A DNA stretch of 64,000 nt from Candidatus Latescibacterota bacterium (GTDB taxonomy: Bacteria > Latescibacterota > UBA2968 > GCA-2709665). A model generated the notes under the pieces. It was not told where the DNA came from. It was given only the letters and a program-made list of their open reading frames with translations, and ran no database searches. The position numbers were made by a program, and so were the translations under genes. The DNA is taken from contig OZ242180.1 in assembly GCA_965205485.1 (NCBI GenBank), forward strand, positions 5,024,001 through 5,088,000. The letters are read 5' to 3'. Within the stretch, counting starts at the first letter, position 1. Every line of letters starts with the position of its first letter. Positions 37,940-47,951 of this stretch are shown one piece after another.

Positions 37940-39248
37940 TCAGCCGTCCACAATGCGCAGGCGACCACCCTCGAGCCTGTATAGCTCCTCAAGACATCGG
38001 GGCCTGCGTTTGTTCTGCTGTCTCAATGCGGCCAGGTACTCTTTCCACTCCCCCTCGCGACCGGAACGGCTGAGTACATCTCTGACCTGGCGCAGATACG
38101 GTACGGCCTCCCGGTATCCGCTCGGCTTTACACGGGCGATCTCGTTCTCCGCCAATTCCTTCCAGATTGCCACGGACCGGTCGGGATGGGTGGTCGCGAT
38201 GGCGTCGGCCACTTCATCGTCAAGGGTGGCGTCACGCTGCCAGTGCTCAGACCTGGTCCTTCTGGAATCGTCGTACCACTTCATCACCTCGTCCGGCTTC
38301 TTCTCGGCAATGGCCAACCGCATCAGCACGTCGACCATAGGCGCCTCTTCGTGACCGCGCGGGGCCGGTATTTCGACTTCCGGAGCAGGCAGCGGCCAGT
38401 CCATCTTCGGGTCGCTCTTTCGTCTCCTGCCGCTTCTCGGCCGCCGGCCGGTTTGCAGATACAACCTGCACCATGCCTCGACGCCCTTGCCAACGCCCTG
38501 TATTGCGTACCTGGTACCCGCCGTAATGGTGGCTCTCCCATTCGGGTTCTTCCAGGGCAGCAATCTCGGAGCGGATGCGCTTCAGAACTCTGCGAGTCTC
38601 GCCAGACGTCAGGCTGCGGCGGTTTTCGAGCGACTGGCGCACCTCGTCGTGCGTTTCGGCGAGTTCCAACAGCAGCTCCACAAGTTCGGCTTTGGTATGC
38701 TCTTGCAGGTAGGCGCGCAAGGAAGCGTCTCCGGATTGACCGGTTCCGGAGCTTTCCGAAAGTGTCTCGGCAGACTCCTCGTCCGGTTCATCCAAGTCAA
38801 GTTCCGGCGGCTCCTCTTCGTGGTCTTCCTCCACGTCGAATTCCAGTGTTTCCTCGTCATCTTCCGTGATTACGTCCAACTCCTCGAGGCGCGGATCGTC
38901 CGCCTCAACCCGGCCGACGGCGGTTCGGGTCTTGACCATCTCCAGGTATTCCACCACGACGGCCACCGCGTGTTTGCACGTCGTCCAGTAGGGACAGGTA
39001 CATTCGCCTATTAGGTCCTTGCTTCCCTCGATGCTCACCCTTGCGGCGTAGAGGCGACTGCCCTCCACCCAGGCGACCAACGCGTCCTCTTCGTCACGCT
39101 GCAATTCCCGAACCGCCCCTTTTCTCTGATAGGACCGACCCCGCGCGACGATGCGACTGCCGGCCCATTCCTCCAGATCGTCCCACGTCAGTTCCGAAAA
39201 GGCATCATTGGACGCATCGGATTTGGTCTTTTTCGTTCGTGAAGCCAT
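37940..39248 (-). pseudogene. Disrupted SWIM zinc-finger protein (frame change near 38510)
   Basis: N-part 39248 to about 38510 (RGRSY, CTCP..CKH). C-part in another frame, about 38510 to 37940 (Y..A..YL, KRRPRCLEEL). Confidence 0.7.
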
Positions 39249-39253
39249 CTCGT

Positions 39254-40828
39254 TCAGGTTATCCTTTTTGATAAACCGGTAAGCGACCTGCGCAATACCG
39301 GATGCGGCGCCATGTAGGGCCCGCCGCTGCTGACGCCGGCGATCTCGTCGCCGCGCCAGCGAAAGGTCACCGTCTCTTCTTCGGCGGACTCGTCCCGCGA
39401 CAGCTCCTCCTCCTCGTACTCGGGAAGAGCAAAGCGCAACTCGCTGGTCACAACCCTTTCACATTGCGCCACCACCACGAACCCGTTCTCCACCGTTGTC
39501 TCGACAGGCCGCCCGTCGACGGTCACCGAGCAGGTCCCCTCATCGGCCCAGCCCGGGAAACGCAGCCGCAGTTCCTTTCCGGTTCGGTTGACCACGGTGA
39601 CCCGCCCCGCGTTTTCATCGCGCTCCGCCCTCACCGCGACCTCGGGCAACTCGCGGTCGAAGTGAAAGTTGACGCGGACGATCTCTTCCTCGACGTCCAC
39701 GGTCCGGGTCCAGAGCTCGATGAGGCTGTGGAGGGTAGCGGCGGTGAAATCGGTGACGCAGGTCTGGCCGCTGACGTGGCCTACCGAGCCGCCGATGGCG
39801 CCCACGAAACGGTTGGGGAGGTCACGGTAGCAGTCGCGGGGGTCATCTGCTACGGCAGGCCGGATCGGAACCGGTTTCCGCACCTGAGCCGGGAACAGCC
39901 GGGCCCGCGCGATGCGCTCCGCATCGTCGAGCAGCCCGGGGTCGGCGAACAGGTCCCACAGCAACAGGGCGATGTGCGCGATGTCGCCGGCCGAGGCGAT
40001 GTCGCCGCCGTAGCGTTTCCCGACGTCGTGGGTGACGAACCCGGAGCGGGTGATCATCCCGGACACGGCATCACCGTAAGTCTTGTATATCAACTCCTGG
40101 CGTTCGCGCGAACCCTGCAGCACGGCCAGCATCAGCAGGCCGCGGAGGGTGTTGAGGTACGAGTGGGTGTGGTCGCCGCAGCCCCGAGCGAGGCTGCCGT
40201 CCGCGGTCAGCACGTATCCGAAGTGGAAATCGGCCAGGCGCTCCGCTTCCTCGAGTGCGGCCGGATCGCCGGTGGCCGCGTGGAAACAGAGCAAGCCCTC
40301 GATGGCGCGGCCGTGGGTGTATGCCGGGGCGGCGCTGTTGCCGTGCTTCGCCCGCGCAGGTCCGCCGTCGAACGAGAACCTCCATTCCATCAGATCCTGA
40401 CTGGCGCGGCTCATTCCCTCGATCGCCCGGCGGCCCCACCCGGCGGCGCGGTTGCTGCCGCGGTATTCGACCAGCAATCCGAAGGACAGCATGGTCTCGC
40501 GGTAGGAGTGGATGTACCAGGTCGCGGAGTCCCGGGGATCGACGTCCTCGAGGAAGATGCCGCTGGCGTTGTCGGACAGGCGCCGGCTGTTCTCCAGCAT
40601 CGCCGCTTCCATCTCCGCGGGGATCTCGAAGCCGGCGGCGCGCTCGAGCCGCAGCATCGTGTTCCACCAGCGTCCGACGTTGTGGCCGGTGCAGTAGGGC
40701 CGAAACTGGTACATCGCGCGCAGATCGCCGTCGACGGCCATGTGCCAGTATGGCAGGTAGCCGTCGTCACGCGACAGACTGCCGAGGAGGTTTCGGCCGG
40801 ACAGCAGCAAACGGTCCTTGACGTTCAT
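39254..40828 (-). CDS. Hypothetical (alpha/alpha) barrel plus beta-sandwich protein, GH127-like architecture
   Basis: HTHS in helical core, ERIARARL, C-terminal LRLRFPGWA/VTVDG. Confidence 0.6.
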   Translation of the reverse strand: MNVKDRLLLSGRNLLGSLSRDDGYLPYWHMAVDGDLRAMYQFRPYCTGHNVGRWWNTMLRLERAAGFEIPAEMEAAMLENSRRLSDNASGIFLEDVDPRDSATWYIHSYRETMLSFGLLVEYRGSNRAAGWGRRAIEGMSRASQDLMEWRFSFDGGPARAKHGNSAAPAYTHGRAIEGLLCFHAATGDPAALEEAERLADFHFGYVLTADGSLARGCGDHTHSYLNTLRGLLMLAVLQGSRERQELIYKTYGDAVSGMITRSGFVTHDVGKRYGGDIASAGDIAHIALLLWDLFADPGLLDDAERIARARLFPAQVRKPVPIRPAVADDPRDCYRDLPNRFVGAIGGSVGHVSGQTCVTDFTAATLHSLIELWTRTVDVEEEIVRVNFHFDRELPEVAVRAERDENAGRVTVVNRTGKELRLRFPGWADEGTCSVTVDGRPVETTVENGFVVVAQCERVVTSELRFALPEYEEEELSRDESAEEETVTFRWRGDEIAGVSSGGPYMAPHPVLRRSLTGLSKRIT

Positions 40829-40994
40829 AGGGTGTGGTCGACTCTGAACACGTCTTTCCGATCTTCTGGCATCCGACGCTGAGCCACATTCGCAAAATGC
40901 GACAGTGACAGGTTTTTGGTTTTCCCTCTGTATCTTCGTGCCTTTGTGCCGTCGTGTGAGAAATGCCATCGGGTACGGCAAGCGGTTGGGGCTA

Positions 40995-41735
40995 TTATCG
41001 TCGTCTGGCCTCCGCGTCTGCCGCCTTGCGCTTCTCGAAGAATGCCCGGACGTCCACGAGTTGTTTTGCGTAGAACGCGGCATCCTCATTGTCTCGTGAC
41101 TCCAGCGCGGCGACGGACGCGTCGAATTCCGATTCGCCGGTTTCGTTGTCGCCCGAGAGGATCTTCGCCAGCCCGATGTATCCTTCGTGCATGGTCCGGT
41201 TATCCGGATTCCCGTCGTCCGGCGCGCTGTGGTCTCTCGCGGCTTCAAATACAGTCAGCGCCTCCTCGTACGACCCGTCCGCGATCAGGTGTGCGCCCAG
41301 AAACCAGTATGTATAGGCAAGTTGCGCGTCGGTCGGATCCAATTCCTGGAGTTGCCGAACGGCGTACCGCGCGAAGGCGATTCCGTGCCGCATCTGCCCG
41401 GGCGAAATCTCGACGCCCGGTTCGTCCCAGCCGATCCACGTGAAGGACGCGGCGTTGGTGGCGATCCTCTTGGCGGCGAACCGGAGCTCCCTCGCGGAAT
41501 CGGCGTCCTCATCGTATTCGCAGGCATGAGCGAGACAATAGTGGATACCGGCGTTGGCGAAGTGGATCACCTGTTCCGTGGACTTCGCCTTCCAATAACA
41601 GTCGAGCAGGAGGTCTTCAAAAACCTTCACCATGTCGGTCTCTTCCCAGAGTCCGAGCACGTACTCGCTCGCGGCGTAGAGGTCCTTTTCCTCGGCCAGA
41701 GATTGAACCGTATCGTAAATCTCCTCGCGTGTCAC
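40995..41735 (-). CDS. Hypothetical TPR-like helical protein
   Basis: RBS GGAGG, GTG start, YWFLGAH...YEEALTVFEAA. Confidence 0.7.
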   Translation of the reverse strand: MTREEIYDTVQSLAEEKDLYAASEYVLGLWEETDMVKVFEDLLLDCYWKAKSTEQVIHFANAGIHYCLAHACEYDEDADSARELRFAAKRIATNAASFTWIGWDEPGVEISPGQMRHGIAFARYAVRQLQELDPTDAQLAYTYWFLGAHLIADGSYEEALTVFEAARDHSAPDDGNPDNRTMHEGYIGLAKILSGDNETGESEFDASVAALESRDNEDAAFYAKQLVDVRAFFEKRKAADAEARRR

Positions 41736-41794
41736 GCGACCTCCAGGTCAGTTTCAGTTGGTGAACTTCTCCGAATGGCTGCGAACAACGATCG

Positions 41795-42300
41795 AACATG
41801 GATACACAGGATAGGCAGGATCACACCTGTCCAGAATCGTCTGCTCCAACTACTATCACGACATGATGCACCTGCAACCGGAGCGAGGGCATCCTGCCCT
41901 CGAACTACGCGTCACCTACCCCTATTCTGGTCACGAGACTGACGGGTTCATTCAATCTGACACCGGTTCACGGAAAACACCGTGTGCGACGAGTTACCCG
42001 ATGTCGAGGGCAGGATGCCCTCGCTCCCGGGAACGCCAACCACACCGGTCCCAAATCGGTTTCTGTCTTGGAAGGCCTTGGCCAAATGAGAAACACCTGC
42101 ACTGGCACTTCGAAACGACTTTCAAGAAAACCAGGTACTTACGCATCCAAGATCGTCTTTTTCAAACTATCCTGGACAGCAGTTACTCAGGATCAAAAGC
42201 CGAATATCGGGAATTACCGCAAAATGACCATATATAGCAGGACAAAGAACCGAATTCAGTGTCTCTGGTCTTTATCCTGTTTATCCTGTCCATCCATGTT
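41795..42300. repeat. Nested inverted repeats (family A outer pair, REPIN-like inner pair)
   Basis: Outer 41795-41821/42274-42300 match at 23/27. Inner perfect 24-bp IR 41880-41903/42004-42027. Confidence 0.8.
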
Positions 42301-42306
42301 TCCCGC

Positions 42307-44022
42307 TTATCTGGATTCCGCGCACCAGGCATGAAAGTCATCAAGGGACATCGCGTTCAGGACATCTCCGGCCGTGAGTCCGCCCTTCCGGCCGACGCCG
42401 AGCCCGTATTCCATCTGCGCCAGTCCCTCTATGCTGTGGGCATCGGTATTGATGGAAATTTTCACCCCTCTTTCCCGCGCGTATCCGATATGCCGCCAGT
42501 CCATGTCCAGCCGGCGTGGATTGGCATTCAGCTCGATGGCCGTGTTGGCCGCGGCCGCGGCGTCGATGACGGCGCGGTGGTCCAGCGGGTAACCCTCCCG
42601 CGAAAGCAGCAATCGCCCCGTGGGATGTCCCAGGATGTGCACGTGAGGATTCCGGACCGCGCGCACGATCCGGTCGGTGGCTTCGGCCTCGGTCATGCCG
42701 AACCTGGAATGCACCGACGCAACGACAACCTCGAATTGAGCCAGAAAGTCATCCTCGAAATCCAACCGCCCGTCGCCCAGTATATCAACTTCAATGCCCT
42801 TCAACACCCGGATGCCATCGAGTTTGGCGTTTACGCTGTCGATCTCCTCCCACTGGGCGCGGACCCGTTCCTCGGTCAGGCCGTTCGCATAGGCCGCCGC
42901 CTTGCTGTGGTCGCATATCCCGATATACTCGTAACCCAGACCTGCCGCCGCCTTCGCCATCTCCATGACATCCGCCCGGCCGTCGCTGTGCCGTGTATGA
43001 ACGTGCAGCGTCCCTCGGAGGTCGGCGCGTGACACCAGCGAGGGAATCTCGCCCGCCGCTGCCAGCCGGACCTCGTCTTCGCCCTCGCGAAGTTCCGGCG
43101 GGATTTCGGACAGACCCAGCGCCTCGAATAACGCGGCCTCGTCTCCGCAGGTGATTCGACGCTCGCCGTCGAACAATCCGTACTCGTTCAACCGCAGTCC
43201 CATGTCGGACGCTCTGTCCCGCATCTGCGAAACATGCGCCTCGTTTCCCGTCACGTGATGCAGCGCAGTCGGAAACGCCTCCTCCGCCACCAGCCACAGG
43301 TTTGCGCGCAGGCCAGACTTCAACACAACGCTCACCCGCGATTCCCCGGTTTCGACAACCTCGGCCACTTCTCCAAAACCTGTAAATGCCACGGCCAGCG
43401 CATCCGGGTCCTGTGTACTTGCCACGAGATCGAGGTCGCTGTGCGCCTCCATACGGCGTCGCATCGACCCGGCCACGGCCACACGGTCAACGTTGGCCTG
43501 GACTTCCAGGAACGCCAGAACGCCCTCCACGTCGCGGCCCGCGTAATCGCACAGAAACCGGCCCCGGTGCTTTTGCATGTATTGAATGCCGTGCGCGATC
43601 CGTTCGGCCGTTTTGCGGCCGAATCCGCTCATCGCCTCAAGATCGCCCGAGTCGCAGGCCCTGGATAGCGCATCGATGTCCACGATGCCCAGTTCCTCGT
43701 AGATCGCGCGCACTCTCTTGGCGCCAAGTCCCGGTATTTCAGTCATTTCGATCAATCCTTCCGGGACCGACGCTTTCAATTCCTCGAGGCCGGGCAAATG
43801 CCCGGTTTCCACGAGTTTGCTGATCCGCCCCGCGAGTCCCTTCCCGATACCCCGGACCGAATCCAGCTTTCCCTCGGCTGCCAGCGCCGCGACCGGTTCC
43901 CCGAGGGAGTCGATTGCCCGGGCGGCATTGGCGTACGCGCGAATGCGGAATCCGCCTTCGCCGTTCAACTCCATCAACGTCGCCATCTCTTCCAGGATTT
44001 CCGCGACCTCCCGGTTGTCCAT
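42307..44022 (-). CDS. polX: DNA polymerase X / PHP 3'-5' exonuclease
   Basis: MDNREVAEIL, HhH motifs, GSMRR..DLD, IPPELRE, PHP motifs HVHT/DHS/HPTGR/TDAH. Confidence 0.95.
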   Translation of the reverse strand: MDNREVAEILEEMATLMELNGEGGFRIRAYANAARAIDSLGEPVAALAAEGKLDSVRGIGKGLAGRISKLVETGHLPGLEELKASVPEGLIEMTEIPGLGAKRVRAIYEELGIVDIDALSRACDSGDLEAMSGFGRKTAERIAHGIQYMQKHRGRFLCDYAGRDVEGVLAFLEVQANVDRVAVAGSMRRRMEAHSDLDLVASTQDPDALAVAFTGFGEVAEVVETGESRVSVVLKSGLRANLWLVAEEAFPTALHHVTGNEAHVSQMRDRASDMGLRLNEYGLFDGERRITCGDEAALFEALGLSEIPPELREGEDEVRLAAAGEIPSLVSRADLRGTLHVHTRHSDGRADVMEMAKAAAGLGYEYIGICDHSKAAAYANGLTEERVRAQWEEIDSVNAKLDGIRVLKGIEVDILGDGRLDFEDDFLAQFEVVVASVHSRFGMTEAEATDRIVRAVRNPHVHILGHPTGRLLLSREGYPLDHRAVIDAAAAANTAIELNANPRRLDMDWRHIGYARERGVKISINTDAHSIEGLAQMEYGLGVGRKGGLTAGDVLNAMSLDDFHAWCAESR

Positions 44023-44128
44023 TGCTCCTCCGTGATCAGTTTGCAGGCGGCTATACCAGTCTCGGACGTGCGGCCGATCGCCGGATCCGGATCGTTGTCG
44101 GCGGGCCGTTGCTCCCGAATTCGGCAGT

Positions 44129-44650
44129 TTACTCCGGCACCGTGGCCCGGGTACTTCCCACGTCGTCCAGCAGCCGGTTGTTCTTCCGGATATAGATAGG
44201 CGTGAATGCAAATGCGATCATATTCACCAGCAGGCTCAGGATCGCCAGGACCTCGTGCAGGATCTGATAGAACGTACGGCCCCCTTCGCCGCCGCTCCAA
44301 AGCAGGTCGGCGTGCGCGCCGCCGCCGATCATCGCCGCGGCCATGATCAGCAGAATACCAAGCGTCAGAAGGTAGAAGAAACCGCCCTTGAACGCGCGGG
44401 CGCGGGCAAGAAACTCCGGATTCAGACCTCGTTCCCGCACCTCGGCCTTGATCGCGGAACCCGTACCCATGAAGTAAAACATCGTCGTCGTCTGTGTCAG
44501 GACCGTGAGAAACGCGGCCAGAAGCCCGACCTTCAGGTGGGCGCTCACCGATACCGACATCCAGTCGAAACGCGACGCGTAACCCATGCCGAAGCTGACC
44601 AGCAACAGCGGGACATTCACAACGAGCATGCCCAGAATGGCCGCCTGCAT
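44129..44650 (-). CDS. Hypothetical membrane protein (about 4 TM)
   Basis: Hydrophobic helices, FYFMGTG motif. Confidence 0.75.
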   Translation of the reverse strand: MQAAILGMLVVNVPLLLVSFGMGYASRFDWMSVSVSAHLKVGLLAAFLTVLTQTTTMFYFMGTGSAIKAEVRERGLNPEFLARARAFKGGFFYLLTLGILLIMAAAMIGGGAHADLLWSGGEGGRTFYQILHEVLAILSLLVNMIAFAFTPIYIRKNNRLLDDVGSTRATVPE

Positions 44651-44893
44651 CGTTGTCGATCTGACCCCCTCGGAAGCACCCGGACGTTCCGATCCGGTTC
44701 CCACCGCGGACCTCCCGTTCGATAATTTAAAGAAAATGACCAGCACGCACGGCGCCCGGATCCAGTGAAAACCCCTCATGATTTCTGTGGACATTTGGGT
44801 CACAGGATTTATCTTCTACGCCGTTCGCAGGAATATAGACAGAGAAAGCAACGTCGTCAACTTTCTCACATGATGCCTCAGGAAAGCACGCCC

Positions 44894-45940
44894 ATGGCGA
44901 CAAAGTTGAGGGTGGCGATAGCCGGACTGGGCCGGGCCGGATGGTCCATACATTTCAATAGGCTCAAAGATGCGCCGAATTTCCAGCTCGCTGCCGTTAT
45001 CGACCCCCTCCCCGAGCGTCTCGACGAGGCGGCAGCTCTATCAGGCTGCCGGACATACCGGACCCACGGAGCGTTCTGGAAGAAAGAGCGACCTGACATA
45101 CTGGTCGTCGCCACGCCAACGAGATTTCACGAACGGCACGCCAGGCGGGCACTCAAGGAAGGCTGTCACGTCATCCTCGAAAAGCCGATGACCACCACTC
45201 TGAGATCGGCCGACCGCATCATTGACGAAGCAGCGCGGCATGACCGCCGCGTACTCGTCTTCCAGCCGCATCGTCTTGCAGCTGAGACTCAAACGCTCAA
45301 AGGGATCCTCGACAGCGGGATTCTTGGCCCGGTCTACCTCATCCGAAGGTCGTTGACGCGTTACGTGCGCCGCAACGACTGGCAGAGCCTGCGTAAACAC
45401 GGCGGCGGAATGCTCAACAACTACGGGGCCCATTATGTCGACCAGTTGCTGTATGTCTCCGACGGCACGCCCGTTGTCGACGTGCAATGCAATCTCTGGG
45501 CTGTCGCGACACGCGGAGACGCGGACGACGTGGTCAAAGTCTGGCTGCGGACCCGGCGCAATCAGCTCCTCGATCTGGAAATCAATCAGGCGGCCGCGCT
45601 CCCCCTTCCTCCCTGGCACGTATGCGGGCGATACGGAACCCTCATCCAGTCGGAAGACGCTTTCCAAATCAGGTATTACGACCCCGATCAGGCGCCGGAG
45701 CTGGAGGTTTTCGAGGGCGCGGCGCCGGGGCGCAGCTATGACAACAGGGACCGGCTCCCGTGGCGTGAAAAGACCGTGGCCATTCGTCCGGAAACGCAAC
45801 TGGACTTTTATGCGAACATCTACCAGACGATTGCGCGAAACGCGGAGCCCCATATCAAGACCCACGAATCCCGCGAATTGATCCGCGTCATCGAACAATG
45901 CCGAAGAAGGGCCAAATTCGGAAAGGAGAGCGATGCGTAA
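44894..45940 (+). CDS. Gfo/Idh/MocA oxidoreductase
   Basis: GLGRAG, EKPM, GGGMLNNYGAH. Confidence 0.9.
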   Translation: MATKLRVAIAGLGRAGWSIHFNRLKDAPNFQLAAVIDPLPERLDEAAALSGCRTYRTHGAFWKKERPDILVVATPTRFHERHARRALKEGCHVILEKPMTTTLRSADRIIDEAARHDRRVLVFQPHRLAAETQTLKGILDSGILGPVYLIRRSLTRYVRRNDWQSLRKHGGGMLNNYGAHYVDQLLYVSDGTPVVDVQCNLWAVATRGDADDVVKVWLRTRRNQLLDLEINQAAALPLPPWHVCGRYGTLIQSEDAFQIRYYDPDQAPELEVFEGAAPGRSYDNRDRLPWREKTVAIRPETQLDFYANIYQTIARNAEPHIKTHESRELIRVIEQCRRRAKFGKESDA

Positions 45941-46997
45941 ATCTTCCCGTGCTTTTCTCGAATCCATGCTCAATGCGCCAGGTCCATCCGGGTACGAAGG
46001 CCCCGTCCGCGACGTCTGGACGGCGGAAACGAAGGAATACGCGGAGAGCGTCTCCGTTGACGCGCACGGCAACGCGATTGCCGTCCACAACGCCAAAGGC
46101 AGCCCGCGAATCATGCTGGCCGGGCACATGGATGAACTGGGATTCCAGGTCAACCATATAGACGACAACGGATTCATCTACGTCAACGCGATCGGCGGCT
46201 TCGACACGAATATCATCCCGGGCAGGAAGGTCCGCATCCATACCTCTTCCGGTGCCATTCCCGGTGTATTCGGCAAGAAACCAATTCATCTGATGACCGA
46301 TGAAGACCGGAAAAAGACACCGAAGATTCACGATCTCTGGATCGACGTCGGCGCAGCGGACAAGAAAGAGGCCGGAAAGGTCGTCGACATCGGCGATCCC
46401 GTCACGTACGATCCCAATTTCGAAGTCATCCGGGGAGACCTGGCCGCCTCCCGCGCCTTCGACAACAAGATGGGCGCTTACGTCGCGGCGGAGACCCTGC
46501 GCTGCGTTGCCCGTTCCGGGAAGACGTCCCGGGCCGCTCTGTTCGCGGTTGCCACCGTACAGGAAGAGATCGGGCTGCGAGGCGCCAGAACCAGCGCGTA
46601 CGGAATCAACCCGCACGTTGGTATCGGGCTGGACGTCGCCTGCGCAACCGATCATCCGGACGTTGACAAACGACGGGACGGCGATCTGAAGGTCGGGGCC
46701 GGACCCGTCATCGCCCGTGGAGCGAACATCAATCCCGTCGTCTTCAAACGCCTCGTTTCCGCGGCGCGAAAGGCCGACGTGCCGTATCAGATCGAAGCCG
46801 CGGCGGGCGGAACGGGAACGGACGCGAACGCCATCCAGCTCACGCGCGCCGGCGTGGCTACCGGCCTCGTCAGCGTGGCGCTGCGTTATATGCATACGCC
46901 CGTGGAGGTCCTCTCGTTGAAGGACCTGGACCGGACCGTCGCCCTGCTCACCGAATTCATCCTGTCAATCACGCCGAAGACCCGATTCATTCCGTAA
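45933..46997 (+). CDS. M42 family aminopeptidase
   Basis: GHMDELG, FDNK, QEEIG, LDV, GTD, YMHT. Confidence 0.93.
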   Translation: MRKSSRAFLESMLNAPGPSGYEGPVRDVWTAETKEYAESVSVDAHGNAIAVHNAKGSPRIMLAGHMDELGFQVNHIDDNGFIYVNAIGGFDTNIIPGRKVRIHTSSGAIPGVFGKKPIHLMTDEDRKKTPKIHDLWIDVGAADKKEAGKVVDIGDPVTYDPNFEVIRGDLAASRAFDNKMGAYVAAETLRCVARSGKTSRAALFAVATVQEEIGLRGARTSAYGINPHVGIGLDVACATDHPDVDKRRDGDLKVGAGPVIARGANINPVVFKRLVSAARKADVPYQIEAAAGGTGTDANAIQLTRAGVATGLVSVALRYMHTPVEVLSLKDLDRTVALLTEFILSITPKTRFIP

Positions 46998-47020
46998 CCG
47001 TCCGCGAAGCCGGAGACACT

Positions 47021-47878
47021 ATGGAACTTTCCTGCACGTCGGTCATGCTTCCTCGCTGGGACCTGGACCGCACCTTCGACAAGCTGGCCGAACACGGGTA
47101 CGACGGCATCGAACTGCGCTGTCGTTACAACCCCGACGACGCCACCGAGGAGCCCTCGTTCTGGGGCCGTCACCTGTCCGACGTCAGCCCCGACAACGTC
47201 ATTCAGAAGGCCGAAGCGATCCGGGCGGCAGAAAGGCGGACCGGCATAAGGGTGATCGCCCTGGCCCCGAACGTGACCCTGGAAGAGTCCGAAATCGTGG
47301 AGAAGCTGTTCCGGGGCGCCGCCGCGCTGAACCCGGACAACCCGCCCATGATCCGTATCGGCGCGCCACGGCACGACCGGGCAAAGCCATACTGGCCCCA
47401 GTTCCTCGAAGCGCGAGCAGGATTCGCGAATCTCGTCGAGACCGCCCGGGAGTATGACGTCAAGATCCTCTACGAGATTCATGTGGGGACCGTCGCCGTC
47501 ACCTGTTCCCGCGCCATCGAACTGCTGCGCGACCTGGACCCGGACCGGATCGGCGCCATCTACGATATTCCGAACATGCTTCGCGTGGGCCTTGAAGACA
47601 CGAAGATGGGTATGGAACTGCTCGGTCCCTATCTCGCCCATTGCCACATCGGCAACGGCAAGCCCGTCGTTACCGGCCGCGACGATACGGGCGCGCAGGT
47701 CTGGGAATGGGATTTCGCCGACATCCGGGAAGGGATCGCCGACGTCGGCCAGATCGTCCGTGACTTCAAGGACGTCGGCTATTCCGGGTACCTTTCGCTG
47801 GAAGATTTCGGGCCCGGTGACGACGATACCAAGGTCGGCGAACAGGGCGCGTATCTTCGACGGCTGCTCGAAGCCTGA
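47021..47878 (+). CDS. Sugar phosphate isomerase/epimerase
   Basis: GYDGIELR, YEIH, YDIPN, HCHI, LSLED. Confidence 0.85.
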   Translation: MELSCTSVMLPRWDLDRTFDKLAEHGYDGIELRCRYNPDDATEEPSFWGRHLSDVSPDNVIQKAEAIRAAERRTGIRVIALAPNVTLEESEIVEKLFRGAAALNPDNPPMIRIGAPRHDRAKPYWPQFLEARAGFANLVETAREYDVKILYEIHVGTVAVTCSRAIELLRDLDPDRIGAIYDIPNMLRVGLEDTKMGMELLGPYLAHCHIGNGKPVVTGRDDTGAQVWEWDFADIREGIADVGQIVRDFKDVGYSGYLSLEDFGPGDDDTKVGEQGAYLRRLLEA

Positions 47879-47951
47879 TCGCCCTGAGCGACTTCAGTCG
47901 CGTACGATTTGCGATTAATGCCCACAGTCCAGGGCGCGAGGAGCACAGCTT

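Noticed and set aside
38490..38530. Programmed frameshift in the SWIM gene
   Set aside because: No slippery sequence or stimulatory structure seen. Deletion or assembly error is simpler.
39302..40882. Long antisense or alternative-frame ORFs (also 27315-28577, 34645-36126, 50361-51809)
   Set aside because: Shadow ORFs expected in high-GC DNA overlapping well-supported genes, with no motifs
40829..41248. Long N-terminal extension of ORF 39254..41248
   Set aside because: It overlaps the 40995-41735 gene and intergenic repeat-like DNA. Protein-like sequence starts at 40828.
44023..44211. PolX N-terminal extension
   Set aside because: The canonical MDNxE start with GGAGGAG RBS is at 44022.
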